Origin: an uncultured Clostridia bacterium
GTDB taxonomy: Bacteria; Bacillota; Clostridia; TANB77; CAG-508
Direction: 5' to 3'
Length of the DNA: 64,000 bases
Assembly (NCBI GenBank): GCA_934180065.1
Contig: CAKPRA010000008.1
Location: forward strand, 344-64,343
Numbering within the stretch: the first letter of the stretch is position 1; every line of letters begins with the position of its first letter. The notes beneath the pieces were generated by a model. That model was not told the DNA's origin, made no database searches, and saw only the letters and a program-made list of their open reading frames with translations. Shown here one piece after another: positions 44,234 to 57,538 of this stretch. The position numbers and the translations under genes were made by a program.

Positions 44234-46984
44234 ATGAGTGATGAAAAGAAAGATTATGGTAAAACATTAAACTTACCAGAAACAGACTTCCCTATGAGAG
44301 GAAATTTACCAGAAAACGAGCCAAAAATATTTGATGAAATATTTGACAACGACTTATACGAAAAAATGGTAAAGAAAAATGAAGGAAAAGAGCCTTTTGT
44401 ATTACATGATGGACCTCCATATGCAAATGGTGAAATTCATGCAGGCCATGCAATTAACAAAGTATTAAAAGATACAATTGTAAGATATAAAAATTTAAAA
44501 GGATATTATACTCCATTTATTCCAGGATTTGATACACATGGAATGCCAACTGAAAAAAAAGCAATTGAAAAATTAGGACTAAACAGAGATGAAATACCAG
44601 TTATTAAATTCAGAGATACGTGTAAAGAATTTAATCAAGAATACATAGAAAAACAAACTGAAGGATTTAAAAGATTAGGTGTTCTTGCAGATTGGAAACA
44701 TCCATACATAACATATCAGCCACAAATGGAAGCTAAACAAATTGGTGTATTTGGAACAATGTATAAAAAAGGTTATATTTATAAAGGATTAAAACCAGTA
44801 TATTGGTGTACAGATTGTGAAACAGCTCTAGCAGAAGCTGAAATTGAATATAAAGATGTAAAGTCAAATACAGCATATGTAAAATTCCCAGTAATAGAAG
44901 GAAAAGGATTATTTGATGAAAGAGATACTTATGTTGTAATTTGGACAACAACACCTTGGACATTACCTGGAAACACAGGTATAACAATAAGTCCAGAATT
45001 TAAATATAGTTTAGTAGAAGCACAAGGCGAAAAATTAATAATGGCATCTGAACTTGTAGAAAAAGTTATGAAAATAGCTGAAATAGAAGATTATAGTGTA
45101 ATAAAAGAATATGATGGAAAAGATTTAGAAGGAATTATATGTAAACATCCATTTATGGAAAGAGAATCTAGAGTCGTATTAGGAAGTAATGATACTATAT
45201 TAGTTGACCTTGAAACAGGTACTGGTGCTGTACATACAGCTCCTGGATATGGTAAAGAAGATTATCTTTGCGGATTAAAAAATAAATTAGATATGGTTGT
45301 TACAGTAGATAGTAAAGGTCACCAGACAGAAGAAGCTGGACCTTTCGCTGGTATGTATTATGCTAAATCTGATAAAGAAATTATAAAATGGTTAGATGAA
45401 AATGGATACTTATTAAAAAGACAAGATATAGTTCACTCATATCCACATTGTTGGAGATGTAAAAAGCCTGTTATATACAGAGCTACAAGTCAATGGTTTG
45501 CTTCAATAGATGGATTCAGAAAAGAAGCTCTTGAAGCTATAAAAGGTGTAAAATGGTATCCTGCTTGGGGAGAAGAGCGTATAACAAAAATGATTGAAGA
45601 TAGAAATGATTGGTGTATATCTCGCCAAAGAACTTGGGGAGTTCCACTTCCAATATTCTATTGTAAAAACTGTGAAAAAGAATATGTAACACCAGAAAGT
45701 TTAGATAAAGTTCAAAATATAGTTAAAGAATGTGGTACAAATGCGTGGTTTGAATTAACAGAAAAAGAGCTTATGCCAGAAGGAGCAAAATGTTCTGAAT
45801 GTGGATGTACAGAATTTGTAAAAGAAACAGATATAATGGATGTGTGGTTTGATTCTGGATCAACACATGAATCAGTTTTAGCAGAAAGAGGATTACCAGA
45901 AGCTAATTTATATTTAGAAGGAAATGATCAATACAGAGGATGGTTCCAATCATCATTATTAACATCAATAGCGACAAAAAATAAAGCACCATATAAAGAA
46001 GTTGTAACACATGGAATGCTTGTTGATGAACAAGGTAGAAAGATGTCAAAAAGCCTTGGAAATGTAATTTCTCCACAAGATATAATAAAAGATTATGGAG
46101 CTGATATTTTAAGATTATGGGTATTATCATCAGACTATAAATCAGAGCTTGCATTATCAAAAAATATATTAAAACAAGTTTCAGAAGTATACAGAAAAAT
46201 ACGTAACACTGCAAGATACATATTAGGAAATATCCACGACTTTGATGTAAACAAACCAGTAGCATATGAAGATTTACAAGAAATTGACAAATGGGCTCTA
46301 ACAAGACTAAATAAATTAATAAGCGAATGTACAAAATCATATGATGCATACGACTTCAACAAAGCATATCAAGCAATAAATACATTCTGTGTATTAGACA
46401 TGAGTAATTTCTATTTAGACATAATAAAAGATAGATTATACACAGCAAAACCAGAATCAACAGAAAGAAGATCAGCTCAAACAACAATGTACGAAATACT
46501 AGAAGCACTTGTAAAAATCATAGCTCCAATGGCAAGCTTCACAGCAGAAGAAATATGGAAATATATGCCTCATAAAGATGGCGAAAATACAGAAAGTGTA
46601 ATGCTTTCATATTATCCAGAAGTAAATGAAAAATACGAAGACAAAGAGCTAGAAGCAAAATGGGATGAAATATTAAAAATAAAAGAAGCGGTAGCAAAAA
46701 AATTAGAAGAAGCAAGAGCAGAAAAAGTAATAGGACATTCACTAAACGCAAAAGTAATAATATCAGCAGAAGGAGAAGAATACAAATTCTTAAATGACAA
46801 CAAAGACTTACTAAAAGATGTATTTATAGTATCAGGATTAGATTTAGTAGAAGGTACATCAGACATAAAAGTACAAGTAGCCGAAGGTGAAAAATGCGAA
46901 AGATGTTGGAAATATGATATAACAGTAGGACAAGACAAAGAAAATCCAACAATATGCCACAGATGTAGTGAAGCTTTAAAATAG
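44234..46984 (+). CDS. ileS: Isoleucine--tRNA ligase
   Basis: HAGH (HIGH-type) motif, KMSKS, C-terminal zinc-finger CERCW...CHRC. ATG 44234 has better RBS spacing than 44228. Confidence 0.95.
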   Translation: MSDEKKDYGKTLNLPETDFPMRGNLPENEPKIFDEIFDNDLYEKMVKKNEGKEPFVLHDGPPYANGEIHAGHAINKVLKDTIVRYKNLKGYYTPFIPGFDTHGMPTEKKAIEKLGLNRDEIPVIKFRDTCKEFNQEYIEKQTEGFKRLGVLADWKHPYITYQPQMEAKQIGVFGTMYKKGYIYKGLKPVYWCTDCETALAEAEIEYKDVKSNTAYVKFPVIEGKGLFDERDTYVVIWTTTPWTLPGNTGITISPEFKYSLVEAQGEKLIMASELVEKVMKIAEIEDYSVIKEYDGKDLEGIICKHPFMERESRVVLGSNDTILVDLETGTGAVHTAPGYGKEDYLCGLKNKLDMVVTVDSKGHQTEEAGPFAGMYYAKSDKEIIKWLDENGYLLKRQDIVHSYPHCWRCKKPVIYRATSQWFASIDGFRKEALEAIKGVKWYPAWGEERITKMIEDRNDWCISRQRTWGVPLPIFYCKNCEKEYVTPESLDKVQNIVKECGTNAWFELTEKELMPEGAKCSECGCTEFVKETDIMDVWFDSGSTHESVLAERGLPEANLYLEGNDQYRGWFQSSLLTSIATKNKAPYKEVVTHGMLVDEQGRKMSKSLGNVISPQDIIKDYGADILRLWVLSSDYKSELALSKNILKQVSEVYRKIRNTARYILGNIHDFDVNKPVAYEDLQEIDKWALTRLNKLISECTKSYDAYDFNKAYQAINTFCVLDMSNFYLDIIKDRLYTAKPESTERRSAQTTMYEILEALVKIIAPMASFTAEEIWKYMPHKDGENTESVMLSYYPEVNEKYEDKELEAKWDEILKIKEAVAKKLEEARAEKVIGHSLNAKVIISAEGEEYKFLNDNKDLLKDVFIVSGLDLVEGTSDIKVQVAEGEKCERCWKYDITVGQDKENPTICHRCSEALK

Positions 46985-47042
46985 GGAAAGGGGAAAAGGG
47001 GACGGTTCTCTTTTCCCAGATTTGGGAAAAAGGGACAGTTTA
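46984..47042 (+). repeat. G-block repeat copy 1 (REP-like)
   Basis: gggaaaggggaaaaggggacggttctcttttcccagatttgggaaaaagggacagttta. Confidence 0.85.
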
Positions 47043-47186
47043 CCTGCCTAATGCAAGTTTAAAGGAAGTTATATAGTTTTTTTAGAATGCATTAAAAAAC
47101 ATAATAAAATAAGGGGTTTATAAATAGAAAATGAGGGGGAAAATGATAAATTTACTCCATCATTTTCTTTTTTTGAAAGGAGAAAA

Positions 47187-47951
47187 ATGCCTCGTAAAGC
47201 AAGAAAATATATAGAAAGTAATTATATTCATGTTATAGTCCAAGGGATTGACAGAGAAAAAATTTTTTATAATAGTATACATATACGAAAATATTTAAAA
47301 GAGATTAGATCAAAGATTGAAGAATATGAAAAGGTTAAAATTTTAGCTTATTGTATTATGAATAATCATGCTCATTTTTTGATATATGCTGAGAATATTA
47401 ATGATTTATCTAAATTTATGCAAAAAGCAAATGGTGCATATTCTAATTTTTATAATAAACATAATAACAGAGTAGGTTTTGTGTTCAGGGATAGGTTTTT
47501 TACGCAAGAAATATGTAGTCAGCGCCAATTATTCACGTGTTTAAAATATATACATAATAATCCGGTAAAAGCAAAAATTACAAATACTCCAGGACAGTAT
47601 AGATATTCAAGTTTTAATGAATTTTTATATGGTCCCAAGATTATTGATAAAGAAGCTGTTAATATTTTATTTGAAAATTGTAATGATTACAAAAAGTTTT
47701 TCATTAGTATTCATAATATGGAAGATGATGAAGAAATAAAAATTAAAGATATAAAAGAGGAATGCTTTGAGGAGTTTATTGAGAATTTTCAAAAGCAGTA
47801 TAACATAAGAATAAGTGATTTAAAAATGAATAGAGGAATGTTGGAAAAATTTGTAAAAGAATCAAGGGAAAGGACAACTGTGAAAATTGAAAAAATGGCT
47901 GAAGTAACTGGTATTTCTAAAAGTGTTATAGGTAGAATTGCAAAAAAGTAA
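47187..47951 (+). CDS. IS200-like Y1/HUH transposase-family protein (RAYT-like) with C-terminal HTH
   Basis: HUH NNHAHFLI. YxxxNPV as YIHNNPVKA. C-terminal VKIEKMAEVTGISKSVIGRIAKK HTH. Flanked by inverted copies of the G-block repeat. Confidence 0.7.
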   Translation: MPRKARKYIESNYIHVIVQGIDREKIFYNSIHIRKYLKEIRSKIEEYEKVKILAYCIMNNHAHFLIYAENINDLSKFMQKANGAYSNFYNKHNNRVGFVFRDRFFTQEICSQRQLFTCLKYIHNNPVKAKITNTPGQYRYSSFNEFLYGPKIIDKEAVNILFENCNDYKKFFISIHNMEDDEEIKIKDIKEECFEEFIENFQKQYNIRISDLKMNRGMLEKFVKESRERTTVKIEKMAEVTGISKSVIGRIAKK

Positions 47952-48004
47952 AATAAAAGTGAGGCAGCTAAAAATTGTTACTTTTTTTCAGCTGCCTCAT
48001 AAAA

Positions 48005-48054
48005 GTGTCCCTTTTTCCCAAAACTGGGAAAAGAGAACCGTCCCGCTTTCCCAC
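48005..48054 (-). repeat. G-block repeat copy 2 (inverted)
   Basis: rc = gggaaagcgggacggttctcttttcccagttttgggaaaaagggacac. Confidence 0.85.
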
Positions 48055-48057
48055 AAA

Positions 48058-48777
48058 TTAAATTTTTAAACTACTTTCCAATGCTAGTATAATCATATCA
48101 TTTAAAGATTTTTCTCTTTCTTCAGAAGAAATTTCTTGCTTTTTATAATGTGAATCAACAACAGTTAACAAGCATGAAGCTTTTTTATTTAAATATTTTG
48201 CTGTGTAGAATAAAGCAAAAGATTCCATTTCTGCTGCTGTAATATTAAATTCTGTAGGTAATCTGTTTAATAATACGTTTATATCTTCTATATAATAATC
48301 AAAACATTCACTGCATAAAACATTTCCTTCAATAAGTTTTATATTTTTTTCATGAGCAGTTTCTTTTATAATAGAATTAATATCTTCGCTTGCTTTTATT
48401 ATGTGACAATCATTGTTATTCAAAGCTTTTGCGAAGTTCCCTTCTGTATAGGATTTGTCAACCAGTATAGTATCAAAAATATTTAAATCTGCAGAATAAG
48501 CTCCACAAGAGCCGATTCTTATAATAGTTTCAACATTATAAAATTTGTATAATTCATAGCAATATATTCCCATACTAGGCATACCCATACCTGTTGAGAA
48601 TACAGTAATTTCCTTTCCTTTATATGTTCCAGTATATGCTAGAATATTTCTAACAGTATTAACCAATCTGTAATTTTCTAAAAAATTTTCAGCAATATAT
48701 TTAGCTCTAAGTGGATCTCCTGGAGCTAAAACAATTTTTGCAATATCTTCTTCTTTTGCATTTATATGTGGTGTCAT
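48058..48777 (-). CDS. deoD: Purine nucleoside phosphorylase, DeoD type
   Basis: MTPHINAKEEDIAKIVLAPGDPLRAKYIAENFL...STGMGMPSMGIY...EMESFAL. Confidence 0.9.
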   Translation of the reverse strand: MTPHINAKEEDIAKIVLAPGDPLRAKYIAENFLENYRLVNTVRNILAYTGTYKGKEITVFSTGMGMPSMGIYCYELYKFYNVETIIRIGSCGAYSADLNIFDTILVDKSYTEGNFAKALNNNDCHIIKASEDINSIIKETAHEKNIKLIEGNVLCSECFDYYIEDINVLLNRLPTEFNITAAEMESFALFYTAKYLNKKASCLLTVVDSHYKKQEISSEEREKSLNDMIILALESSLKI

Positions 48778-48974
48778 AAATTTACCTCCTTTGTAAAATT
48801 TGTTTGATTATATCATTATTAATATTAATTAGCAAATATAATTATTGTTATACTTGAAAATATGAAAATATAAATATATAATTTTGATATATTTATAAAT
48901 GGATTATAAATATGATTAAATTGGATTTCAAAAATAGATATTATATTTTAGAAAATTATAATTGAAAAGGTGAA

Positions 48975-49025
48975 AGTGTCCCTTTTTCCCAAAAATGGGA
49001 AAAGAGAACCGTCCCCTTTTCCCAA
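48975..49025 (-). repeat. G-block repeat copy 3 (inverted)
   Basis: rc = gggaaaaggggacggttctcttttcccatttttgggaaaaagggacac. Confidence 0.85.
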
Positions 49026-49039
49026 AAGGAGAGATTTTT

Positions 49040-49705
49040 ATGGATGAATGTAAGATTATTAATTTGTATGACTTAAATCAAACTATTGCGAAAGAAGTTT
49101 TCACTGGCTGTGAATATCCATGGGAAGTTTTGCCTAAAATTAAAGATTTTATTATTAATTTAGGTGAATCTTTGAATAAAGAAGATTATGATAAAATTGG
49201 TGAGAATATCTGGGTGGCTAAAAATGCTAAAATTGCACCTACTGCATATATCAATGGTCCAGCTATTATTGGAAAAAATGCTGAAATTAGGCATTGTGCT
49301 TTTATCAGAGGTAATGCTATAGTTGGTGAAAATGCTGTTGTAGGAAATTCTACGGAACTTAAAAATGTTATTCTATTTAATAATGTTCAAGTTCCTCATT
49401 ATAATTATGTTGGTGATTCAATTTTAGGATATAAATCACATATGGGAGCAGGATCAATTACTTCAAATGTTAAGTCTGATAAGAAATTGGTGGTTGTAAA
49501 AAATGGTGATAAAAAAATAGAAACCGGATTAAAGAAATTTGGAGCAATGATTGGTGATAATGTTGAAGTTGGTTGTGGTTCAATATTAAATCCAGGAAGT
49601 GTTATAGGAAAAAATAGCAATATTTATCCGCTATCTTCAGTAAGAGGTTTTGTAAAAGCAAATAGTATTTATAAAAAACAAGGAGAAATAGTTGACAAAG
49701 AGTAA
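49040..49705 (+). CDS. Left-handed beta-helix (hexapeptide-repeat) transferase, GlmU C-terminal-like
   Basis: ATG 49040 after aaaggagag (the listed 48995 start translates the repeat). Hexapeptide repeats throughout. Confidence 0.7.
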   Translation: MDECKIINLYDLNQTIAKEVFTGCEYPWEVLPKIKDFIINLGESLNKEDYDKIGENIWVAKNAKIAPTAYINGPAIIGKNAEIRHCAFIRGNAIVGENAVVGNSTELKNVILFNNVQVPHYNYVGDSILGYKSHMGAGSITSNVKSDKKLVVVKNGDKKIETGLKKFGAMIGDNVEVGCGSILNPGSVIGKNSNIYPLSSVRGFVKANSIYKKQGEIVDKE

Positions 49706-49906
49706 AAAAAAGTGTATTATAAAAAATGTTGCCAGCTGATGTTGGTAAACCCGTTTGTGTTTCATGCATTGATTAGATTTGATTTTTTTGTATGAGGATT
49801 AAATAAATCCACCTAGTATGTGTTTCATACTAGGATTTTTCTTTTTTTGTCGAATTTTGCTTGTAAAATTACAACTTTAATGATAAAATAATTATATATT
49901 AAAAGT

Positions 49907-49953
49907 AGATTAAAAAAAAACCCCTAAAACAGGGGACAATTTTTTTTAATCTA
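49907..49953. terminator. A-tract/GC hairpin/T-tract structure in the pyrG leader (bidirectional terminator or attenuator)
   Basis: tagattaaaaaaaaa cccct aaaac agggg aca attttttttaatcta, 40 nt upstream of the pyrG ATG. Confidence 0.55.
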
Positions 49954-49993
49954 TTTTTTTGTTTTTATAATAATTTTAATGGAGGGTATTTAA

Positions 49994-51601
<1,608 letters not shown>

Positions 51602-51688
51602 AATAGTACTTGAAAAGTGATTATATCTATTGTATAATAAAAAAACCCAAAAGGATAAATTCTATTATGTAGAAAGGAGCTACCAAAT

Positions 51689-52000
51689 ATGATATCTGAA
51701 GGTCGGAGATTGTATAGTGAAGTAGCGATAGTAAAAACGCTTAAGGAATTAGACCAGGAGAAGGTGGAGAGAGGAAAGGTATACATAAAGCCTCTATATT
51801 CTAGCAAAAATATAGAAATGTCAATGCTATATTTATCTCCTGGTGCAAAAGTCAGAGAGCATAAGCATACTGTGGATTCTGAAATTTATGAGGAGGTTGA
51901 TGGAAAATATTCTGAAGTGTGTAATAAGGGGGAATCACATTCCCTTGAAAATTCATCAACCCACAGATGGTTGGTAATTTTATCTGTAAAGCATAGGTGA
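51689..52000 (+). CDS. Small cupin-domain protein
   Basis: REHKHTVDSEIYEEVDG...GESHSLEN cupin motifs; RBS aaaggag. Confidence 0.55.
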   Translation: MISEGRRLYSEVAIVKTLKELDQEKVERGKVYIKPLYSSKNIEMSMLYLSPGAKVREHKHTVDSEIYEEVDGKYSEVCNKGESHSLENSSTHRWLVILSVKHR

Positions 52001-52105
52001 TGTATGATGTCAGGCTTAAGTTTAAGTCTGGCATCTTTCCTTTGTGAAAAATATGTGAATTCTAATAAAATAATATTGACATTTAATTCCAATGGGTATA
52101 AATTA

Positions 52106-52132
52106 TTAGCAGTCTAGCAAATAGACTGCTAA
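52106..52132. promoter_or_regulatory. CIRCE operator (HrcA binding site) with upstream promoter
   Basis: TTAGCAGTC-N9-GACTGCTAA, one position per arm off the consensus TTAGCACTC-N9-GAGTGCTAA. TTGACA at 52076. Confidence 0.85.
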
Positions 52133-52178
52133 TAATTTTTATACATATTATTAATACAAGCTAAATATATATTAATAA

Positions 52179-52486
<308 letters not shown>

Positions 52487-52487
<1 letters not shown>

Positions 52488-52536
52488 GGAAAAGGGGACG
52501 GTTCTCTTTTCCCAGATTTGGGAAAAAGGGACAGTT
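52487..52536 (+). repeat. G-block repeat copy 4 (in the groES-groEL spacer)
   Basis: gggaaaaggggacggttctcttttcccagatttgggaaaaagggacagtt, identical to the core of copy 1. Confidence 0.85.
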
Positions 52537-52595
52537 TTCTTTAGCAAAAAATATTTCTTTAAAATGAAGAATATAGTTTAAAGAAATTTTTCTAA

Positions 52596-54278
<1,683 letters not shown>

Positions 54279-54396
54279 AATTTAGGGACGGGGTAAAAGT
54301 TTAAATTTTTACTCCGTCCCCAAATTTTAGTCACAATATAGACATAAACGCATTTTATAATATATAATGTTATAAAATGGGAAAGGATGTAGAGCT

Positions 54397-55086
54397 ATGG
54401 GAGATATAACAATTTTGGTAGTAGATGACGAATCAAGAATGAGAAAATTAATAAAGGATTTTTTGAAAGTAAAAGGATATCAAATATTAGAAGCTGGTGA
54501 TGGAGAAGAAGCACTTCAAGTCTTTGAAGAGCACAAAAACGCTATCAATCTAATATTATTAGATGTAATGATGCCAAAACTAGATGGGTGGTCTGTTTTA
54601 AGACAAATAAGACAAATTTCAAATTTGCCAATTATAATGCTCACTGCAAGAGGTGAAGAGCAAGATGAATTATTTGGATTTGAATTAGGCGTTGATGAGT
54701 ATATATCAAAGCCATTTAGTCCAAAAATTTTGGTAGCTAGAGTTGAGGCAATTTTGAAAAGAACTCAAGTGAAAGAAAAAGATATCAAAGATTATGGTGG
54801 AATTGTTATTGATTCTGATGGACGTACAGTTGAGGTGGATTCTAAAAAGATTGATTTAAGTTTGAGAGAGTATGAATTATTAAAATATTTGGTAGATAAT
54901 GAGGGAATTGCCCTTTCAAGAGATAAAATACTAAATAATGTATGGAACTATGATTATTATGGTGATTCAAGAACAATAGATAGTCATATTAAAAAAATAA
55001 GACATAAACTTGGAAAAAAAGGTAAATATATACATACAATGAGAGGGGTTGGATATAAATTTGAAGTTGAAGGAAAGAATGGATAA
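54397..55086 (+). CDS. OmpR-family response regulator
   Basis: Receiver (ILVVDDE...LLDVMMP) plus winged-helix output (RTIDSHIKKIRHKL...VRGVGYKF). Confidence 0.9.
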   Translation: MGDITILVVDDESRMRKLIKDFLKVKGYQILEAGDGEEALQVFEEHKNAINLILLDVMMPKLDGWSVLRQIRQISNLPIIMLTARGEEQDELFGFELGVDEYISKPFSPKILVARVEAILKRTQVKEKDIKDYGGIVIDSDGRTVEVDSKKIDLSLREYELLKYLVDNEGIALSRDKILNNVWNYDYYGDSRTIDSHIKKIRHKLGKKGKYIHTMRGVGYKFEVEGKNG

Positions 55087-56599
55087 AAGAATACAAGAAT
55101 CAAGATCTGTAAGAAAAAAACTATTTGTATCCTTATGTGTCGTAATTATTGTTACAATATTCTTTCTTATTATAATTAATAATATTGTTTTAGAAACGTT
55201 TTATATTTATAATAAAAAAGATTCTGTCAAGGCAATATATGAGGAACTTAATGAGAAATATAATAATGAAGTTTCTGATGAAGAAATAAAAGAATTTGTT
55301 AAGGAACAGTCTTCAAAAAATAACTTAGATATCTTTATTAAAAATCCTTACACAGAGCATATAGTAACAAATAGCCAAAATAAGCTTGATGTAATTGATA
55401 AATTGAAAAATACGGTTAATTTTAGTGATAATGGTAAATTGGGTAATATATTATATAAATCAAAAAATGTGGTTATAAGAATGGTTAAAGACGGAATTTC
55501 AAGTAGAAATTATATAGTTTTATTGGCCACTTTAGATAATAATAATGAATTATATATTAGGACTCCAATATCTGCTATTAAGGATAGTTTAAGAATAAGT
55601 AATCAAGTATTATTATTTGTTGGAATGATATCTATTTTAATTTCGGCTGTAATTGCTTCAATTGTTTCGAAAAGATTTTCGAATCCTATATTAGAGCTTA
55701 ATAATATAGCTAAAAAAATGTCTAACTTAGACTTTTCACAAAAGTATGTTCCAAGAAATTCAGAGGATGAACTAAATGAACTTGGAAAAAGTATAAATAT
55801 GTTATCAGAAAAATTAGAGCATACAATTAAAGAGCTACAAGCTAATAATAATGATTTGGAAAGAGATATAAAAGAAAAATCAAAAATTGATGAAATGAGG
55901 ACTCAATTTATTTCTGATGTATCACATGAACTAAAAACTCCAATTGCTCTTATTCAAGGATATGCAGAAGGCTTGATAGAAAATGTTAATAATGATGATG
56001 AATCGAGGAAGTTTTATGCAGAAGTCATATTAGATGAAGCAGATAAAATGGATAAGCTAGTAAAACAGCTTTTGGAATTAATGAAACTTGAATATGGAAA
56101 GAGAAATTTTAATAATACAAAATTTGATATTGTTTCTTTAACAAAAGAGGTCATAAGAAAGTGCGATGTTATGATAAAAGAAAAAAATATCGATGTTACT
56201 TTTGAAAATAATGAGCCAATATATGTTTTTGCTGATGATTTTTATATTGAGCAAGTTATTACAAATTATGTGACAAATGCTATTAAATATTCACAAGAGA
56301 TTAATGGAAAAAAATCAATGGTTATTGATATTGTAGAGAATATGAACAATATTGTAAGAGTTTCTGTTTATAATACTGGAAAAAATTTTTCTGATGATGA
56401 GATGAAATCTATTTGGGGAAGATTTTATAAAATAGATGCTTCTAGAAATAGAGAAAATGGTGGAACAGGAATAGGGCTTTCTTTGGTAAAGGCTGTTATG
56501 AATAATTATAAAAATAAATTTGGTGTTAGAAACAGAGCTAATGGAGTTGAATTTTATTTTGAATTAAATAAACCAAATACTGTAACTAAAAATGATTAA
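55079..56599 (+). CDS. Sensor histidine kinase (2 TM, HAMP, HisKA, HATPase_c)
   Basis: H-box SHELKTPIALI; N and G boxes (NAIKYS, GTGIGLSLV). ATG 55079 overlaps the response-regulator stop. Confidence 0.9.
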   Translation: MDKRIQESRSVRKKLFVSLCVVIIVTIFFLIIINNIVLETFYIYNKKDSVKAIYEELNEKYNNEVSDEEIKEFVKEQSSKNNLDIFIKNPYTEHIVTNSQNKLDVIDKLKNTVNFSDNGKLGNILYKSKNVVIRMVKDGISSRNYIVLLATLDNNNELYIRTPISAIKDSLRISNQVLLFVGMISILISAVIASIVSKRFSNPILELNNIAKKMSNLDFSQKYVPRNSEDELNELGKSINMLSEKLEHTIKELQANNNDLERDIKEKSKIDEMRTQFISDVSHELKTPIALIQGYAEGLIENVNNDDESRKFYAEVILDEADKMDKLVKQLLELMKLEYGKRNFNNTKFDIVSLTKEVIRKCDVMIKEKNIDVTFENNEPIYVFADDFYIEQVITNYVTNAIKYSQEINGKKSMVIDIVENMNNIVRVSVYNTGKNFSDDEMKSIWGRFYKIDASRNRENGGTGIGLSLVKAVMNNYKNKFGVRNRANGVEFYFELNKPNTVTKND

Positions 56600-56653
56600 A
56601 TGTGAATAGTAATAATATGAAAGCTTATTTGATAAAAAAAGATTTACATAATA

Positions 56654-56810
56654 TTGACTTTGCTGTGAAAATTTGGTATAATATAAATGTCTATTGGCAT
56701 GAAACAATGACACTAGTGCAAATAGTGCTAGACGTCGTATAAACTTCTTCGTAGTATATAGGGTATAAACTGCGAATACAAACGCCATGAATTATGGCAG
56801 AAAGGCAAAA
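56654..56810 (+). promoter_or_regulatory. Promoter + ~120-nt conserved structured leader, copy 1
   Basis: TTGACT(56654)-17 nt-TGnTATAAT(56677). Hairpins 56713-56731 and 56784-56798. Homologous to 57385-57538. Confidence 0.6.
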
Positions 56811-57302
56811 ATGGAAAAAGAAAAAATGAAAGAAACTCTTACAGCTCTTGATGAAATAAGAGAAGATATGTCATCAATACATGCAGAGTTTCAGGAGATT
56901 GACACCAATTTATCCTATTGCAGAGAATTTTTAAGCCAAGAAATTTCAGGTTGGAAAGATGTAACTGAATACTGTAATTTAAAGCTGAAAGCATTTAATG
57001 AAAAGCTGATATCGTTTGAAAAAAATGTGGAAGCTTTATCAAAAAATCTGAAAGAGGTTGAATCTGAATTATCTAAGGATAATTGTCAATTCGGACAAAT
57101 AATGAATATTCAGGTTAAAGACATGCCGGTATTATCCCAAAGGACAAAAAACGCATGTAAATATGCAGGTATTTGTTATATGGTTGAGTTCATTACTAGA
57201 TTTAAAACACGTAAGGAAATACTTGAAATTCGAAACATTGGTGTTAAATCTGTTAATGAAATCACAGAAGCACTGGCAAAATATGGAATAGAATTAAAAT
57301 GA
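56811..57302 (+). CDS. Helical protein with RpoA alpha-CTD-like (HhH) C-terminal domain, paralogue 1
   Basis: MEKEKMKE start (aaagg RBS). C-terminus LSQRTKNACKYAGICYMVEFI...ILEIRNIGVKSVNEITEALAKYGIEL resembles the RNAP alpha C-terminal domain. Confidence 0.6.
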   Translation: MEKEKMKETLTALDEIREDMSSIHAEFQEIDTNLSYCREFLSQEISGWKDVTEYCNLKLKAFNEKLISFEKNVEALSKNLKEVESELSKDNCQFGQIMNIQVKDMPVLSQRTKNACKYAGICYMVEFITRFKTRKEILEIRNIGVKSVNEITEALAKYGIELK

Positions 57303-57312
57303 TTTTTTCCAT

Positions 57313-57335
57313 GCGGCACTTAGGTGCCGCTTTTT
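57313..57335 (+). terminator. Intrinsic terminator, copy 1
   Basis: gcggcac ttag gtgccgc ttttt; identical hairpin at 58043-58060. Confidence 0.85.
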
Positions 57336-57384
57336 CTTTTTGATATTGATAATTCTTCTTTTAGCAATAATAATTTACATAATG

Positions 57385-57538
57385 TTGGCTTCGCTGTTAA
57401 AATTTGGTATAATATGGTTGTTTATTGGTATGTACCAATGACACTAGTGTAAATAACACTAGACGCATAAACCTCTTCGTAGTATATTGTGTATAAACTG
57501 CGAATACAAACGCCACAAATTGTGGCAGAAAGGACAAA
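57385..57538 (+). promoter_or_regulatory. Promoter + conserved structured leader, copy 2
   Basis: TTGGCT(57385)-17 nt-TGnTATAAT(57408). Hairpins 57444-57462 and 57512-57526. Confidence 0.6.

Noticed and set aside
48995-49039. First 15 codons of the listed 48995 ORF (MGKENRPLFPKGEIF)
   Set aside because: These codons translate G-block repeat copy 3. An ATG with a good RBS follows at 49040.
54285-54320. groEL terminator hairpin sharing gggacgg with the G-block repeat
   Set aside because: Only a 7-nt match is shared. The rest of the hairpin is unrelated, so I treat it as an ordinary terminator rather than a fifth repeat copy.
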